Origin: Vermamoeba vermiformis | Taxonomy: Eukaryota | Length of the DNA: 64,000 bases | NCBI GenBank assembly: GCA_045837725.1 | Contig: JBEWZL010000011.1 | Coordinates: forward strand, 186,001 to 250,000 | Direction: 5' to 3' | Shown: piece after piece, positions 34,269 through 48,334 of the stretch | Numbering within the stretch: position 1 is the first letter of the stretch | Layout: each line of letters begins with the position of its first letter | Position numbers and translations under genes: made by a program | The notes under the pieces: generated by a model | The model's database searches: none | The model's input: only the letters and a program-made list of their open reading frames with translations | What the model was told of the DNA's origin: nothing

Positions 34269-36625
34269 TTAGATTAAAATCGACAAGATAATGAAGACTA
34301 GCAGAATAATAGCTAATGTATACTGCTCTTCTTCGGGTGTCAGCGGAGATTTCAACGCAGATTGAATGAGCTCTTTTCGTCGTGTTCTCAAGCTCACGTT
34401 GTTAATGTTGTTGTTATTAGCTGCCGCAGTCAACGACGTCTCTTGCAAGGACTTGATCTGCTTGTCCTTGAGCTCCAATTGTTGCTTCGATTGAGCGAGC
34501 AAACTGAGCGTGTTCTCGGAGTCCTTTTGCAAGGCAGTAACACTCGCGGTCAATCGCGCAATCTCCGTGGCGTGAATTTGATTTTGATTGGCCAACGTCT
34601 CCGTGAGCTCTTTGACTTTCTTTTGCAACTTTTCCGTCTCCTCTTTGTTATCCGTGAGGGTGGTTTCAGGAGGCGAGGGCGTGCTAGGTGTTGCACCAGT
34701 TGAGGCAGCGCCACCCTTGTTCTTGTCGCGCAACTGTTGCTTCATCTTGCTCAGCGCTTCTTTCAACTGCTTGATCTCGTCTTTGGCCATCTCCACTTCT
34801 TTTTTCATCTTTTCATTGGCTTCGCGAAGAGTCATCACTTCAGTGTTGTTGATATTGACGTTGTTCGACGGTGGGGGCGGATCTGTCGCAGTGTTTTTAA
34901 TGAAATAGTCGACAATAAGGTTTGAATCTCTGGATACGTACCAGCAGGATTGTAATTTTCAATCAACAAAATGGAAGGCTCCTTCAGCATAGCTCTGCCG
35001 CTGTCAGCTTTAGTAACCTCACCTTCCCTCGCTTTAAGACGAACATAATTAGCCAATGCAAATAGTTAGATACGATGAATAGTGCATACGTGAAACAGGT
35101 GGGACAATGATCTTCGTGTCGGCAAATTGAACACTGTTGCGCGAGTCACGTTTAACAGGAGTCGCTACATTGCTGTTAGTCTTCGATTCTGCTGAACTAA
35201 CTGACCGCGAGCGTTCACGACGCCCTGGGGAAAGACTTGAACCTGAATCATTTCGACGCGGAGATTTGCCTTCGCGAGGAGATCTGGCGTGATTTACCGT
35301 TAGTTTTGAGGTTATTATAGGACCACTAATAAAGAGTAATACGTACTTGTTGGTGGAATCAATAGCAATTGGTGCGACTAGTGTGGGCTGATCATCCGAG
35401 AACTCGTCATTTTCTGTCATCGACTCTTCTATGCTCTGCAACACGACATCACAGTTAATGGAAATGAAACTACCACGGTATTTCTATTGAGACTTACGCC
35501 CTCAGTGTCGTGCGTGAACTCGCTGTTGTTAGCCTCTGATGTGTCTTCGTTGGTCTCGACGACAAACTGCTCAGTACCAACAGTGATAATATGACCGTCG
35601 ACGTCGCTGTGAGCGGAATTGACCGAGTCTTCGCGACCCAAAACACGCTTCGATTTGACGCGTTTAATAACCTTGCCGTCAATCTTTTGGTAATTGCTCT
35701 TGACTTGTAACTAAAATCGATTTAAAGTGTCAGTGTGCATCGTGCGGATAATTATCCTATGGTCTTAATTACCGTTAATATAGTCTTCGTAGTCTTATCT
35801 TTGTGTTTGCCAGTCAATTCGAAGCTCTTGACGTCGATAAAAGTGCTTGAAGGAGCAAATGTCGTGATATCTAAGGGTAAACTACCGACTTTGTAATCTT
35901 TCTTGAGTCCTGCGCTCTTATATCGTTTCTAAATAATATTGAAAATATTAATACGCGTCGTATCATCTTTTGTTGCAGAATTAAATAATTGTGACTTTGA
36001 AATATTCCGGAGATCTCGTAAAGGGTGAATTTAAATAAACGAGTAAAAGCATTGTAAATAGCTGGTTAATTAATTCAAAATAACAATTACAGAATTGCTC
36101 TAAATTTTTCGGATTTGCAACTTTAAAAAAGATCCAAAGAACAAATTTAAATACGATTTAATATTTAAAATATTGCTACAATATTAATTAAAGCGATAAT
36201 TTACGAATACGGTATTTGTCTAAAATCTTGGGAATAAAAAATTTTCCTCCATCTTATTCAATCTACGTCGCAAGGAGTGGAAATCGATATAAATGATTCC
36301 TTCGAATTATACTTACAAATTTAAGGCTGAATATAACAATTTTTTTATCGAAGGTACCCGTGGAGAGGTCCTTAGTGAGATTGACAGTAAAACTAAGATC
36401 TGCATTCAAAGTCATTTGCTTCGAGCCCGTTGGTTTGAACATCTTCGTAGTTCCTTTGTTCTTGCTACCACTCCCCTTCTTATATTCAATAAACAGTTCT
36501 CCTTTCTTGCCATCTGAGTACTTGGATGGCAATTCATCTATGTTCCGCACGACGATGTCGAACTGTACTTTAATTCGCTGCTTCTTTCTAGCTTCGGGCG
36601 TAATACCTGCAAGCTTCGATGACAT
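34269..36625 (-). CDS. NT-C2 (EEIG1/EHBP1-type) domain, coiled-coil, tail-anchored protein
   Basis: N-terminal KVQFDIVVRNI...LFIEYKKG...FDKKIVIFSLK, S-rich middle, coiled coil, C-terminal hydrophobic helix. Confidence 0.7.
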
Positions 36626-36866
36626 TGTGCGTTCTGTTTGAAATAAATACAAAAAATGATCCGCAGACCTGTGTTTACAATTTTGTTGCTTGCGTAACAC
36701 GTGGCGAGAAAGTCACAAAAAATGGTATGCCAATGTTTATTAAAAAGGGAGCCATTGCTACAATGAGACAGGCAACATTTTTGTCAGATCTTGCGTGACA
36801 GAGTAAGATCCGTCTGCAGACGAAAAATTTTTATTTCGATTACAACGAAGTACATAGGAAAGAGTC

Positions 36867-39800
36867 TTATTGGGGATTTGCGGAGCTGCCACCAACGAAC
36901 TTTGAAAATATTCCTTCTATTTCGTTCATTTTCGCCTCAGCAGCGATCAGTGCTTCTTCCGCCTTTGACGACGTTTTGTTAGCCCGTCTTTAACAATATT
37001 GTTGTACGTACCTTTAATCGTCGATCTTGCTCTTGATGATAGGCGTCTGAGAGCTCAAGTAACTCTTTCTTCAGCTCTTGGATCTCTTGTTGTAACTCGC
37101 GCACCATCTCTTCGTTGACGACTTGCAACTGAGCAGCTGCCTGTGACCACTGTTGCACTTCATCATTTAGTTGTTGGACCTCAAGTTGTTTCTGCAGCAG
37201 CTCTTGTTCCAATGCCGCAAGGTTGCTATCGGCCTGTCCGTGCGTTCCATTAGGATGTTGCAACCGGCTCTGGTCGTGTGCGAATTGTAACTCCGCGTGA
37301 CTTGCTTGCAGCTTGTTCAATGTAATTTCGAGCTCCTGATATTCGTTTTGCAACGAGATCATTTGCGATGTTAACTGCGAGTTCTCAGCGAGCAACCGAA
37401 CGACCTCACTATTGGAGTTGGCACGTTCCATTGACTCCCGCAACTCTTCGACCTCGCTCAAGAGTTGTCGCTTCATCTTGCTCTGTTGTTGCAACTCCGT
37501 CTGTAGCACTTCGTTTTCAGTCTTCAACTCGGCCAGCTGTTTGGATGTAGCAGCACTAATGTTGTTCGTGTTCTCGCTCAACTTTCTGACTTCCGTCAAA
37601 GCATTAGCAAGCTGAGCACGAAGAGTTTGTTCTTGTGACGAGCTCTCCGCTGTCAGTTTCTTCAGGCTTTCTACGTCTCTTCGCAAGTGCGAGATTTCTT
37701 TATCTTTTTGTTCGATAGTTGCCTTCGCTTGATTTAACTCGTCCTCGAGCGCCTTATTGGCATTATTATTGCTGTTCGATGAATCTCCTTGGAACGCAGA
37801 GCTGTTCGCCAATCGAAGCTGCGCTTTAAGGGACGTGTTTTCGAACTTCAAAGTGTTGACTTGTGCGTTCAAAGAAATTAATTCAAGCTCTGCGTCTGTA
37901 CTTTGTGAACTTGAAGCCGATTTGGTAGCGACTAGTTCTCGTTCCAGAGCTCGTACTCTGTCTGCTAAAGCAGCTGCTTCTTGCCTTGAAGCAGATAGCT
38001 CTCTTTCTAGCGTCGCGTTTGTGCTATTTATCTCGGCTTGGAGCTGGGTCTGCTCGGCACGCAGACGCCAAACTTTTGCATTCTCAGCTTCTTTTTCGAG
38101 CTGCTGTTTCAGCCGTTCGTTCTCTTGCCTTAATTGATCGCTCTGAGGCTTGTCCTTTGATTCTTCATTGGTGTTATTGTTTGACACGAGCACAATGTTG
38201 CTTGATGACCCGCTTGAACTTTTTTGCGCTGTAATGAACGTTAGCCATTGGGCAATGCAAGATTAACAATGCGTACGTGAGGAACTGCTCTTTGATGACC
38301 CGCCAAAAGACATCCGAGTACCCGATATCGAAGCCCTAGAAGAACCAACTTTGGCTGCGTTCGGTGACGGATGATGTGGCACTTTGGGTGACATTCCAAA
38401 TCCCGCAGTAGCGTTCGTAACTGTAGTCGGTGAGGCTCGTGAAGTCACACTACGACGCGTAGCAACCTTTGGTGAGGAGGCCGTTGCTGAAGTGCCTGAT
38501 GTTGCAACTGCGGCAGGAACACTTGGTGAGCTCGGTGGGGTCAACATCTGACCAGGGTCAGGTGCCAAACTGAACTTTGACAGCGGTGAAGCCGACGGAG
38601 CGTTGGTGTTTGGTGAGGACTTGAACGACCCTGGATGAGGCACCCGCGCTATTGCTGGCGAGTCTGAGGTATCGCTGTAATCCGGCACGTTCGTGTTATT
38701 ATTATTGTTGTTAGCCGCATTTGTCGCTGGTGTAAAAGTCTTCAACGGAACTGCTTCGTAGGACACGGCATTTTTCACTGAGCTACCAGCCGTAACATTA
38801 GTATTGCTCGACACAGGCGTTAAAGGTGCGTTAGTGTTGCTTGGTACACTGTTTGTATTGTTACTAGTGGTGATTTTAACGGTTGGCGTCGCTTTTGGTT
38901 TGTCTGCTTGTGTCACTAATGCCGGTGTGACACGTGCCCTCGATGAGGCTCGTGGTTTGGTTAAAGTCGCTGTACCCGATAATGGCTCCCACTCTACCTT
39001 ATCTGTGACAATCGCGAGTTAGAATGACACGGTTATTTTATGCCGCGGACATACCCAACTGCAAGACATGCACCTCGCTCGACGATGTATCACCACCCAT
39101 CAAATAGACTTGCTTGTTCAACATGGTCATTGCGTGGCCGTGACGAGGTCCTAAGAATACGTTAGTACTGGTCAATCCTTCGATTCGTGCCATACCAGGA
39201 GCTGAAGCATTGGTGTTCGTGCACGAGTACCACGTGTGTTCGTTAGTATCGAACATGAGTAAATCATTCAAATCTCGACCATCTGCACCGACTCCTCCGT
39301 ACACTGCAATTCTTCCACTATCAAGCACTTCGCAAGCGTGATCATATCGTGGCAAGAAATTTCCTTTGAAGTGGATTCTACGACACGTGACTTCAGTGCT
39401 CGCCGTCGGTACTTGATCCGACGGCAATTCAATCTCCCATACGTCGTTGAACACTTCGTCTTTGCTGCCTTTTCCGCCAATGACAAACAAACTCGCACTA
39501 TTTTCTTTTTGGACGACGGCAGCAGTATGAAATGCTCGTGCAGGCAGTTCAGTTACGGTTGAATCGTCGCATATAATCTTAAACTTGTCGAGTTTGGTCA
39601 TTGAGATATTTCCCTTCGTGAAATGCACGCAGATTAATTCGTTCAAAACCTTCGTCAGATATTTGCCTGATGTCGACTTGATTAGCCACCGGTGTCATAA
39701 ATATGCTAGTTTATCAAGTACCTCCAAATATCCATCCCAATAACACATTGTTGACAGTTGAAAGATTCTGGGAATGACCGCAGCGAGGCATGGGAAGAGC

Positions 39801-40539
39801 ACCCTAAGTTACTTACGTGAGCGTCACTGTCTGGTAAGTACGAGCATGCAATGAGTCTTACCTGTATGCGGACACAAGCCCAAGTCATAGTGCGAGTATT
39901 GAGCGTGAAAGCATCGTTGAAATACTTGCTCTCGTCCTCAGTGCAGCCGCCGAACAGGAACACATACTCGTCCGCTGCAGCAAATAGTTAGTATTCATAC
40001 CCATCGAGCGGCATCATGATCACGTACTGGAGCTGAGAGGTACCGTCATGCAGCGATGTAATATGCGTGGAACAGGTCCTACTCCGGTCGCCTTCACATC
40101 CGTCCAGGCACGCAGACCAGCAGCATTCAGAATACGAAGTTTTTGACCTTGTGACGGTCCACCTTTGTTTGTTGTCAGTAAATTTCACATATTACTTACT
40201 TAGCAATCAACAATTAAATCATGATTACCTAATATTACAATCTTGCGACCAGTGATTGTCGTGGCCGAATGATGGATCAAGGGCAGAGGACTGAAAAATA
40301 TTACAAAATCGAGTTATAAAAAACGTCAAATAATTATACCAAAACAAACTAAGACGAAAATTTTTTCAGATCGGATCTTAAAATTTTCATAAATGGCTAT
40401 ATTTGTTTCTAATATTATATGCTGATGGCTCATATTAATATTTGCGTTCTCATACAATTTTAAAAAGACTTTTGAATTTTCTAAGTCAAATTTCATACCT
40501 CGGTCCTGCAATTTTGCTGCTTAGCCAAACACTCTCCAT
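36867..40539 (-). CDS. Kelch-repeat protein with S/T/P-rich linker and long C-terminal coiled coil
   Basis: Kelch motifs PARAFHTA, PRYDHAC..VYGG, PRHGHAM..YLMGG, FLFGG; 404-aa heptad-rich ORF at 36979-38193. Confidence 0.82.
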
Positions 40540-41234
40540 CAAACTAATCGATTGCGGCCACTCTTGAATATTTTAAAATACAAACAAGCAAAAGCGTCAT
40601 TAGCGTGTCAGACAGGCGATATTTTCCTTAGATTTCTCGTCAATCTTTTTGTGCATCCGATCGGCATAAACACGCAAGATAGGATTGAAGTATTTAATTT
40701 CATATACTTGTGGTACGTATCATAATTTTTATGGGCAAAATTTTCTCCGTCAGGCAAATCGCAATTTGCGCCAAAACATTACAATGAAATTATACCTACC
40801 TCGCTTCATAATATATATTAAATTCAAAAAGTAATGGAGCTTCACAAAAAGGAAACAGTTAGCGCATCAGATTGCGTTGGTACCGATCTCTTTTTTAGTT
40901 AATTAGCCGCTTGCTCCTAAAAGCTTATTATTCCCAGCGAACTGATTTCGCGAAGTCTATAAATACAAAATGAACCAAAAAAATAGAGGCAAAGTTTGAC
41001 GGATACGGCCTCCCGCGCCAGCACAAACTTTTAGAACTACGAAATCGAAACATGATCCTCCTATATACTTATATTACTACTAGTAGGTGCTATTTTAACA
41101 CTATCGGCCGTTCGGTGTTTCACCGCTCGTATTTAAAACTTTTCCGGTCCAAACGCGTACATTTTCTATTTTTGTAATCAACCTGAAATTCAGTTTCGTG
41201 TAGCGGTTTTGTTCATTCTGTAAATACTTTTATC

Positions 41235-42344
41235 ATGAGCACTACACCGGAGGGTCCGAGCCCGTCTGTACCACGAAAGAAAAGCAATGCATCTCTGCGG
41301 CGATCGACCCAGTCAACTTCAGACCAAGACGGAGATAAGAGCCCCGTACCGTTCAATCATTTTCCTAAGCCAGAGATTATCAGAGATATCAAAGAATTAA
41401 TCAATTCATCGGATCTGTCTCAAAAAAGAATGGCGCAAGATCTCAACATTAGGTACGTTCATTGCGGTTATTTTACTTCACTTATAAACGCTATTTTACA
41501 TCGAATAATGAATATGTATCAACTTTATGCTAATCTTTACGTTCGTAGCCAAACGAAAGTTAGCCAATTCCTAAATAACGTCCCCAGAACAAAAGGCTGG
41601 GGGTCATTTGAAGATAAAGTGACGATATGGCTCAAAGAACAACGCATTAAACTCGGGAGAGTAAAAGAAGATGCCGAAGAGAATCCGGATCAGTACGATA
41701 TAGAATTGAACCCGCTCTCTTTCTCCGGTGACTCGACTCCGGTATCGGAAGCATCGAATGATAATATGGTCATACATTCACCTAGCCCTATATTTGTCGT
41801 TCCTCTTTCATCTGCAATGCAACCAGCAAATGGATTTCAACTTTGGATTCCGAATCCGTATCAAGTTACACCGCAGGTACCTGACCTTATTAATCAACGC
41901 TAAAAGATTGAATTTAAAGACGAAATTTACATATATTATAAGCCTATCGGTCCTTAACATTTTGATTTATCCTTTCTAAATATAGTAATATCAAAACTGA
42001 ACATTTACCAGTTCGTCTTAAAGATATCTAATCGCCGTAGAAACGATCTAATATAGTACTAGGTTATGTCAAATGGAATGCCCGCGCTCACAAAAAGTTT
42101 CTCTTGGCCGCAACCGCGGAGAGCGCATCCGTACGAAGGCTATTATACGACCGATTCAAAGAGTGAATACACCCCTACACCTAGAGATATCGAGTGGATT
42201 GCATCATCGCAACATAAAATGATGTACTCGACGAACTTGTACGGAACCAGCGCACGGATGGATGTGGAGCCTACCTCCGTCCAAGAAAATGATTGGTCGA
42301 CATTCTCTTTAAATGAAGTATTTGAAAAGAAACCAAATTCGTAG
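41235..42344 (+). CDS. Putative transcription factor with a lambda-repressor/HNF1-POU-like HTH
   Basis: After splicing 41453-41548: DIKELINSSDLSQKRMAQDLNISQTKVSQFLN..KGW; a second intron joins the 42066 ORF in frame. Confidence 0.6.
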
Positions 42345-42570
42345 GAACAGCGCCCCATTTGGTGTCATTTCGTATTACGAAAGACAGCACGTGGCGTCAT
42401 CATCACGCCACCACACGCTTGTATAAATTAATAGAACTCTACCTTGTACATAAATACCTTTAGGCAGGCTATAGTACCTGCCTAGAGATTGCGAAGACTT
42501 CAAGAGGAATTGCACTCCGCCAGCAGATTCGGAAATTACTTAACGAAATATTTATAGCCCAAACGGCTTT

Positions 42571-45040
42571 TTATAGTCGGGCGTTAGACGCTTTCTGTTT
42601 CCTACGGGGATACATGATTACGTCGTCGTCCTGCAAAGTAGTTTCTAGCTCGCTCTGGCCGCTCTCATCCTCGCTAGTTTCGGATGGGGTAATCGGCGAA
42701 TCGATTTCAACGGAAGTCGCTGTGCGTACCGATGCAGAATCGATTTCGCTATGAAAATGACCTTCTTCAACGTCTTTTTCCTCGGGTATCTCCACTAACC
42801 GAACAATGACTTGCTTAGCCTAAAAAAGGATATCAATAACTGCAATCATTGCTCGGGCGAATCAGGTTCGTTTCAAGAAGCAAATCATGGCGTGTCTATA
42901 ACGTACCTTTCTATTATATACATATTCCGTTATCGAAAATAAGACTAAGCTGCATAAAACAGCAGATGCGGCCAAAGTAAATAAAACGTAAGGACCCCAT
43001 TTGCCGTAAATATAACCTCCTAACATCGATCCAATGCTCACACCAAGACCGCTAAATGTTCCGAAAAAGATTCCCTAAGTACGTAAATTAGACTTCAACT
43101 TTGCGACAATTTTTTTAGGTTAATTAATTCAGCTCAGAGGTATACCAATAATTCCTTTGATTAAATTACGTACCTGTGACGTCGCTGTTAATCCTTCCGG
43201 TGCCATTTCATTCATATGTACAACTCCGGCGGTCTATATAATAGTGTTGGTAAGGTAAAAAGCTGCTAGGTGCGCGAATCTGAAACCTACCCAAAAACAT
43301 CCAAAGAAAATTCCGTGCAACATCTCGACTGGAAGTATCATCCATGCATCAGTAATGATGAGGTACAATATGCACCTAAAAATAGCTGTTAATTCATGCA
43401 ATTTTAAAGATGGTGTACCGGATGTACCGCAAAATGTAGACGCAGTGCGAAGCAATGATCATTTTTACGAATCCAATGCGCTGCACTAGCTGCTTAGAGA
43501 AGTAAAATACTGGCACTTCGACTACGACCATGGAAATCTGTGATTTTCCAAATCAGGCAATGTTAGATCTTGGGGAATGTTGTTACGCGTAAAAACGTAC
43601 CATTCTAAAGCCATAAAGCGTTTCACTCGCGTTAAGGTATTTAACCATAAATAAAAAGATGAAGTTAGAGATAACTGCGGCTGCTGCGCCCATAATCAAC
43701 GTCGTTCCCATGAACAAGCTCATCTGCAAGTTAATAATCTTCTTGGCGGAGATAAAGAAGAAGAAAGCTATATATTTGTTGTTACTAACGCTGCTAGCGT
43801 TATCGCAATATATTCATCCACTTACGACTCTTTCGGGCTGTAAATCAAACAATTAGATCGGCATCAAAACCTCTGTCTGTGCAAGTTATTCTTACCTTCG
43901 TCTGGTTTCTCCTTAGGTGGGACTTCTTTAACGAATAGCACTACGATAATAACAAACAAGCACGACCAGAGACCAAAACTGAAGAAAAACGCTCGGATGG
44001 TCGTGTAATCCATAATAATGCTCACAACCAGCGAGGTTAAGCCCCATCCAATCGAACCTGTATTATTATATTAATATCTCAATAATAATGGCAAATATTA
44101 AATCTATGGTCAGCAGGTCTCAATCTCAAAAAGAGAGATGCACAGAATCCAAAACTGGCTCCGATTAATTTTACAACAGCCATTATTGTTCTTGTAATAT
44201 AGCGATCACAATATCAATGCTATTGTTTGATGCTTACCCCATAATCTCTGTTTGCCGTACAACTCTCGCTGTCCAGCCAACATGTGCAGCACTAGAGAAT
44301 CGATCAATGCAGTGATAGGAAGCAAAAAGAATGAGTAGCAAGCCACAATCGGTGCCTATAATTGCAAAAATTGATACTACGGCTAAAATAAGCGATAGAA
44401 GGAAGATTGTGTTCGGTTGATCTCGCGTGTCACGCGTGGATGTTGCACATACCAAAATGAACAGCGAGTTGTAAGGGAAGTCAAAGTATAGCATTGATAC
44501 GAAGAACAGTGCTGCGACTGTGCACACGATTAAAAGCTTCTTTGTTTTGCCTGTGCGATCGGCTTGTGACGCCCAGAACATTGATCCGAAAAAGTTCATC
44601 AATGGGGGAATCGCTAACATTAAGCCAATTTGAGAGCCTAGTAGTGGTATATAATGAGTTAAATGCGCGCATTGTTGGATAATAACATTAATTAAGAACC
44701 GAGGTTCCGCTCCGATCGGATGAATTTGTGCGATCTGAAATTACGAGCGAGATTTTAGCGTTGAAAGTATAGTAGTAGCCATTGTATATTATTTCGCTAT
44801 TGAAGACGTGAAAACTCAATAAAATTACAATTTTAACCAAAATTAACGAATGAAATCGTTAGGAAAATACTAGTATTAAAATGCTAGCGGTAATAAGATC
44901 GCCAAAATACTAATTATTGCATATAAATAATTACCTGTGAGACTACGTTCGCTGTAATACAGTGATAAGAACGGATTTATCGACGCGAGGGTGGCATTGA
45001 AGAGGTATTGCAAGCCCTTCGGAATGAGATACCACGACAT
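42571..45040 (-). CDS. MFS transporter, MFSD6-like
   Basis: INPFLSLYY, FWASQADRTGK, YGKQRLWG, VEMLHGIFFGCFW; many hydrophobic exons and an acidic C-tail. Confidence 0.85.
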
Positions 45041-45371
45041 CTGGTGTTATATTTAATATATACAAAATAAATAAATAAAATATTAATGTACAAAAACCAG
45101 ACTTGTGGACGTCAGATTCGGGCTGGTTGTGATCTGAAGGACATTCGTGTTGCGACAACAAAAATTTTCAAAAAGTAGAATCAACCAGAAGACTTTGACA
45201 ACAAATTACGACAATTAAAGAGCAGATAGAGATATCGAGAGGTCCGAGAGAGCCCGGATTTGGATCTTGACTTCATCAGGTGGAATGAAGTCATAACAAT
45301 AAACTAACAAATGGTCAAGTACCAGTACTATGTAACGGATACGGGGAATGGTTGAGTTTATCCATTATATT

Positions 45372-47823
45372 TTACATTTGTACAGATAGCAATAGCCATT
45401 GATTACCGCGCAACACTTCGCTCAGTTGTTTGGAGCGAGGGATCTCGTCGTGACTAGCTTCGTTCACAATGAGAACTTCAGGGTCCACGCGTGTAGCTAA
45501 CTGCTGTTTTGACACCTCAATGCCCGATCTGATCTCAATCTGTCTTTGCAAATCTTCAAGACGGTCAGCGCCTGAGATATCAATCTCGACTGTCATAGGT
45601 TTAAGCTTGGGCATGTACATCCAGTTCTTGACGCGTGCTTTGAATGACTCGATAGTCTCTTCAACGATCACCGTGGAACTCTTCGCTAGGAGGTACCTGG
45701 CGGTCTTAGAACAGTTCTGGGCGTTGATCTTCTCTTCATTTTGAGCAACGGCATCCACTGAAGTGTCGACTTCTTCAAGGTGAATGATATCTCCGGTGAC
45801 TAGTTGATATTCAGAGAGCATCATATTGTCGTTAAGTAACGCGTTCAATTTGAAGCTAGTTTCTTCTTCGATCAACAGCAACTTTCCGACAGGCACGTTT
45901 CGCACGCCAAACTCATTTGATGAGACCAATTGTTGTTTCAATTGTCTTAAATTGATAGAAGAAGGGAAGCTGTAGTCGCCAAGATCAATCGGTTTCTGTT
46001 GGATGGGATCCCATCGCTTCAAAGTCAACACGACGAAGTTCTCGTCGTACTTGACAGTTCGCTTAGCTTGTTGCAGATAAAGGTGGTTCTTGCGTTGGCC
46101 AATGATTTCGACGATCATAGTATCGCGTTTGATGCCTTGGATCATGCGGGCAGGTCTTTTGGTGCCGTTGTTACGGTATGAAACCGCTTGAATGGATAAC
46201 TCTCCACAAGTCCAACGAACCTTTGTGGATTTGGCTTCCTCTTCTTGATTCACGATGGGCTCTAGTCGCTTCAAAATACTATCAATAGAAGTAAATCTAT
46301 CGACGCTCATGACGATCGGTTCGAGGGCAGAATTGTTTCGCAGGAACTGAAATTAAATAATTAGTAACTAATTCGAGAAATCATGACGCGATTCCTGAAC
46401 GGTTGTCGAAATTGAATTTGAACAATTTGGGCGTTTGGATTAAGTTGCCTTTTTTGGTTAAGTTTTAAAGTTCAGTCGCATGACCTAACACGTTACACGG
46501 GTGGGTTTCACGAATAAAGAGTTTGACTCCGAACTTACCGTAACGTCAACTTGACCTCCAATAATCTCGAGACTAGATCCTAGATGCGTTGCCATTTCAG
46601 CCAACAATGAGATGTGTCTAATATCCAACTGCTTATTTCCAATCAGCTCCACTTTTCTTAAGCGAGTAGAACGGCCGAGTCGAACATTTACGTTAATCCA
46701 AGTCATGAAGAATTTGATGATGTCGTTTGTCAAGGCTGGCAAATTCGAAATTGCCAACGACTCCAATCGTTTGCTGTATTTGAGAATAGTTTGGACGTCT
46801 TCGTTTTGTAACTGTTTGCATTCGTTCAACACGACGGTGCGCATATATTGACACTTGCGCACCAGTTTGCGCACGGCTACTGGAGATATGCCAACGCATG
46901 CCGACAAGTTGATGTACTCCAAAGATGTGGCAACGGGAGATTGCACGAGATAATCGACAAAACTGCCATTTAAGGAAGTGCAGCCGTCTAAATTTAGGCT
47001 CTGTAGGTGCAGTAACTTCGCTAGGTGAGCAAGACCTTCGTCAGTAATGCCATTGCAATTGCGGATGTCGATATGAGAGAGGTTTGGACAAAGCTCCGAA
47101 AGCTCGGCCAATGTTCGGTCGGTAAGATCGAAGCAAGCCGAGAGGTTGATCCCTTCGAGGGTGGGGTTGTTCTTCGCCAATAAGCATACTGACTCATCGC
47201 TGATCATTAGGCCACTTAAGTTGGCCCAGCGCAACTAAAAGAAAGTCCAGTTAATACAAATTTGAATATCCGTGTTTGGTTCGTGAAACGGATGCGGTAT
47301 TTTTGGGTTTGTCTCCGTTTTCAAACACTTTGACAAGGTAAAAACGAGATAAAATTTTGCTTGCTGTGTACTGTATCACAATATCTTTAGTCAATGCGAA
47401 ATCAAGTGAGATCGCGGGTAGCGCGACTCGCAAAAAATAATTTTACACCCACTGAGTGGAAAATCGGAGTACATGAACGATTACTTACCGAATTCTGCGA
47501 TAAATGAGCAAATCTTTGCAAGCCAATGTCGGTAATGAAATTGTTGGATAGATCGAGGTTCTGGATACGTCCAAAATAATGAATATTGCCGTCATTAAGC
47601 TTCTTTAGCTCTCGCATTTTCGCAATAATATTTTCCAACAGCTCAATCGGCAAATTTTGCTTCTCCAGCTCGTGCAAGTTATTAAGGACAATTTCCCCAA
47701 TACAAGCGTCCTGTATTTATGATTAGTGACCTTCATAACAATCACATTTAATATTCCAAAGTCAACTGTAATCATAGGAGACAGATCATCGTCGCTCGTA
47801 CATACTTTTAATGATCTAGACAT
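45372..47823 (-). CDS. Cys-containing LRR protein (AMN1/FBXL-like) with C-terminal ubiquitin-like folds
   Basis: LEGINLSACFDLTD, LSHIDIRNCNGITDEGL, LQSLNLDGCTSL; C-terminal LEDLQRQIEIRSGIEVSKQQL. Confidence 0.75.
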
Positions 47824-48334
47824 CGTCGATTTTTGCTCTGTTGCGTGGTGCTCCGCTTGTTGTTCTTCTAAAAGAAACACAATAGTTGGGAAAAACAAGA
47901 CGCACATGCGATGGAACAAAAATCCAGCCAATTTCCTTTTTTGGAAAATTTAATCTCGCGTTGCATAACATGACGTGCGTGTTACGTACTTAACTTGAAT
48001 AAGAAAGTATTGCTAAACGTTACTAAGTCATTTTATGCCCATCGAACCGGAGTGCCTGGTCAAGATTTCATAAAACCTGAAATTTTGTTGCAGGATCATA
48101 ACTGTCGGCAGGATTGACCTCCTATCAATACGGAGATTTACCGCCTGTGATGCCGCATGACTTAGAGAGAGCCGAGGTCGGAGTTGTGTGGCACCGATTA
48201 AAGTTGCAAATTCTGGATTCGTTCGTTAATAAACAATTTCTAATTTATAGAAACAAAGCAAAAGGGTAATAACAAACTACTCATTTGATGACATTATACA
48301 TTACTGCAATACAGGCAGGATAGCACTTCTAACA

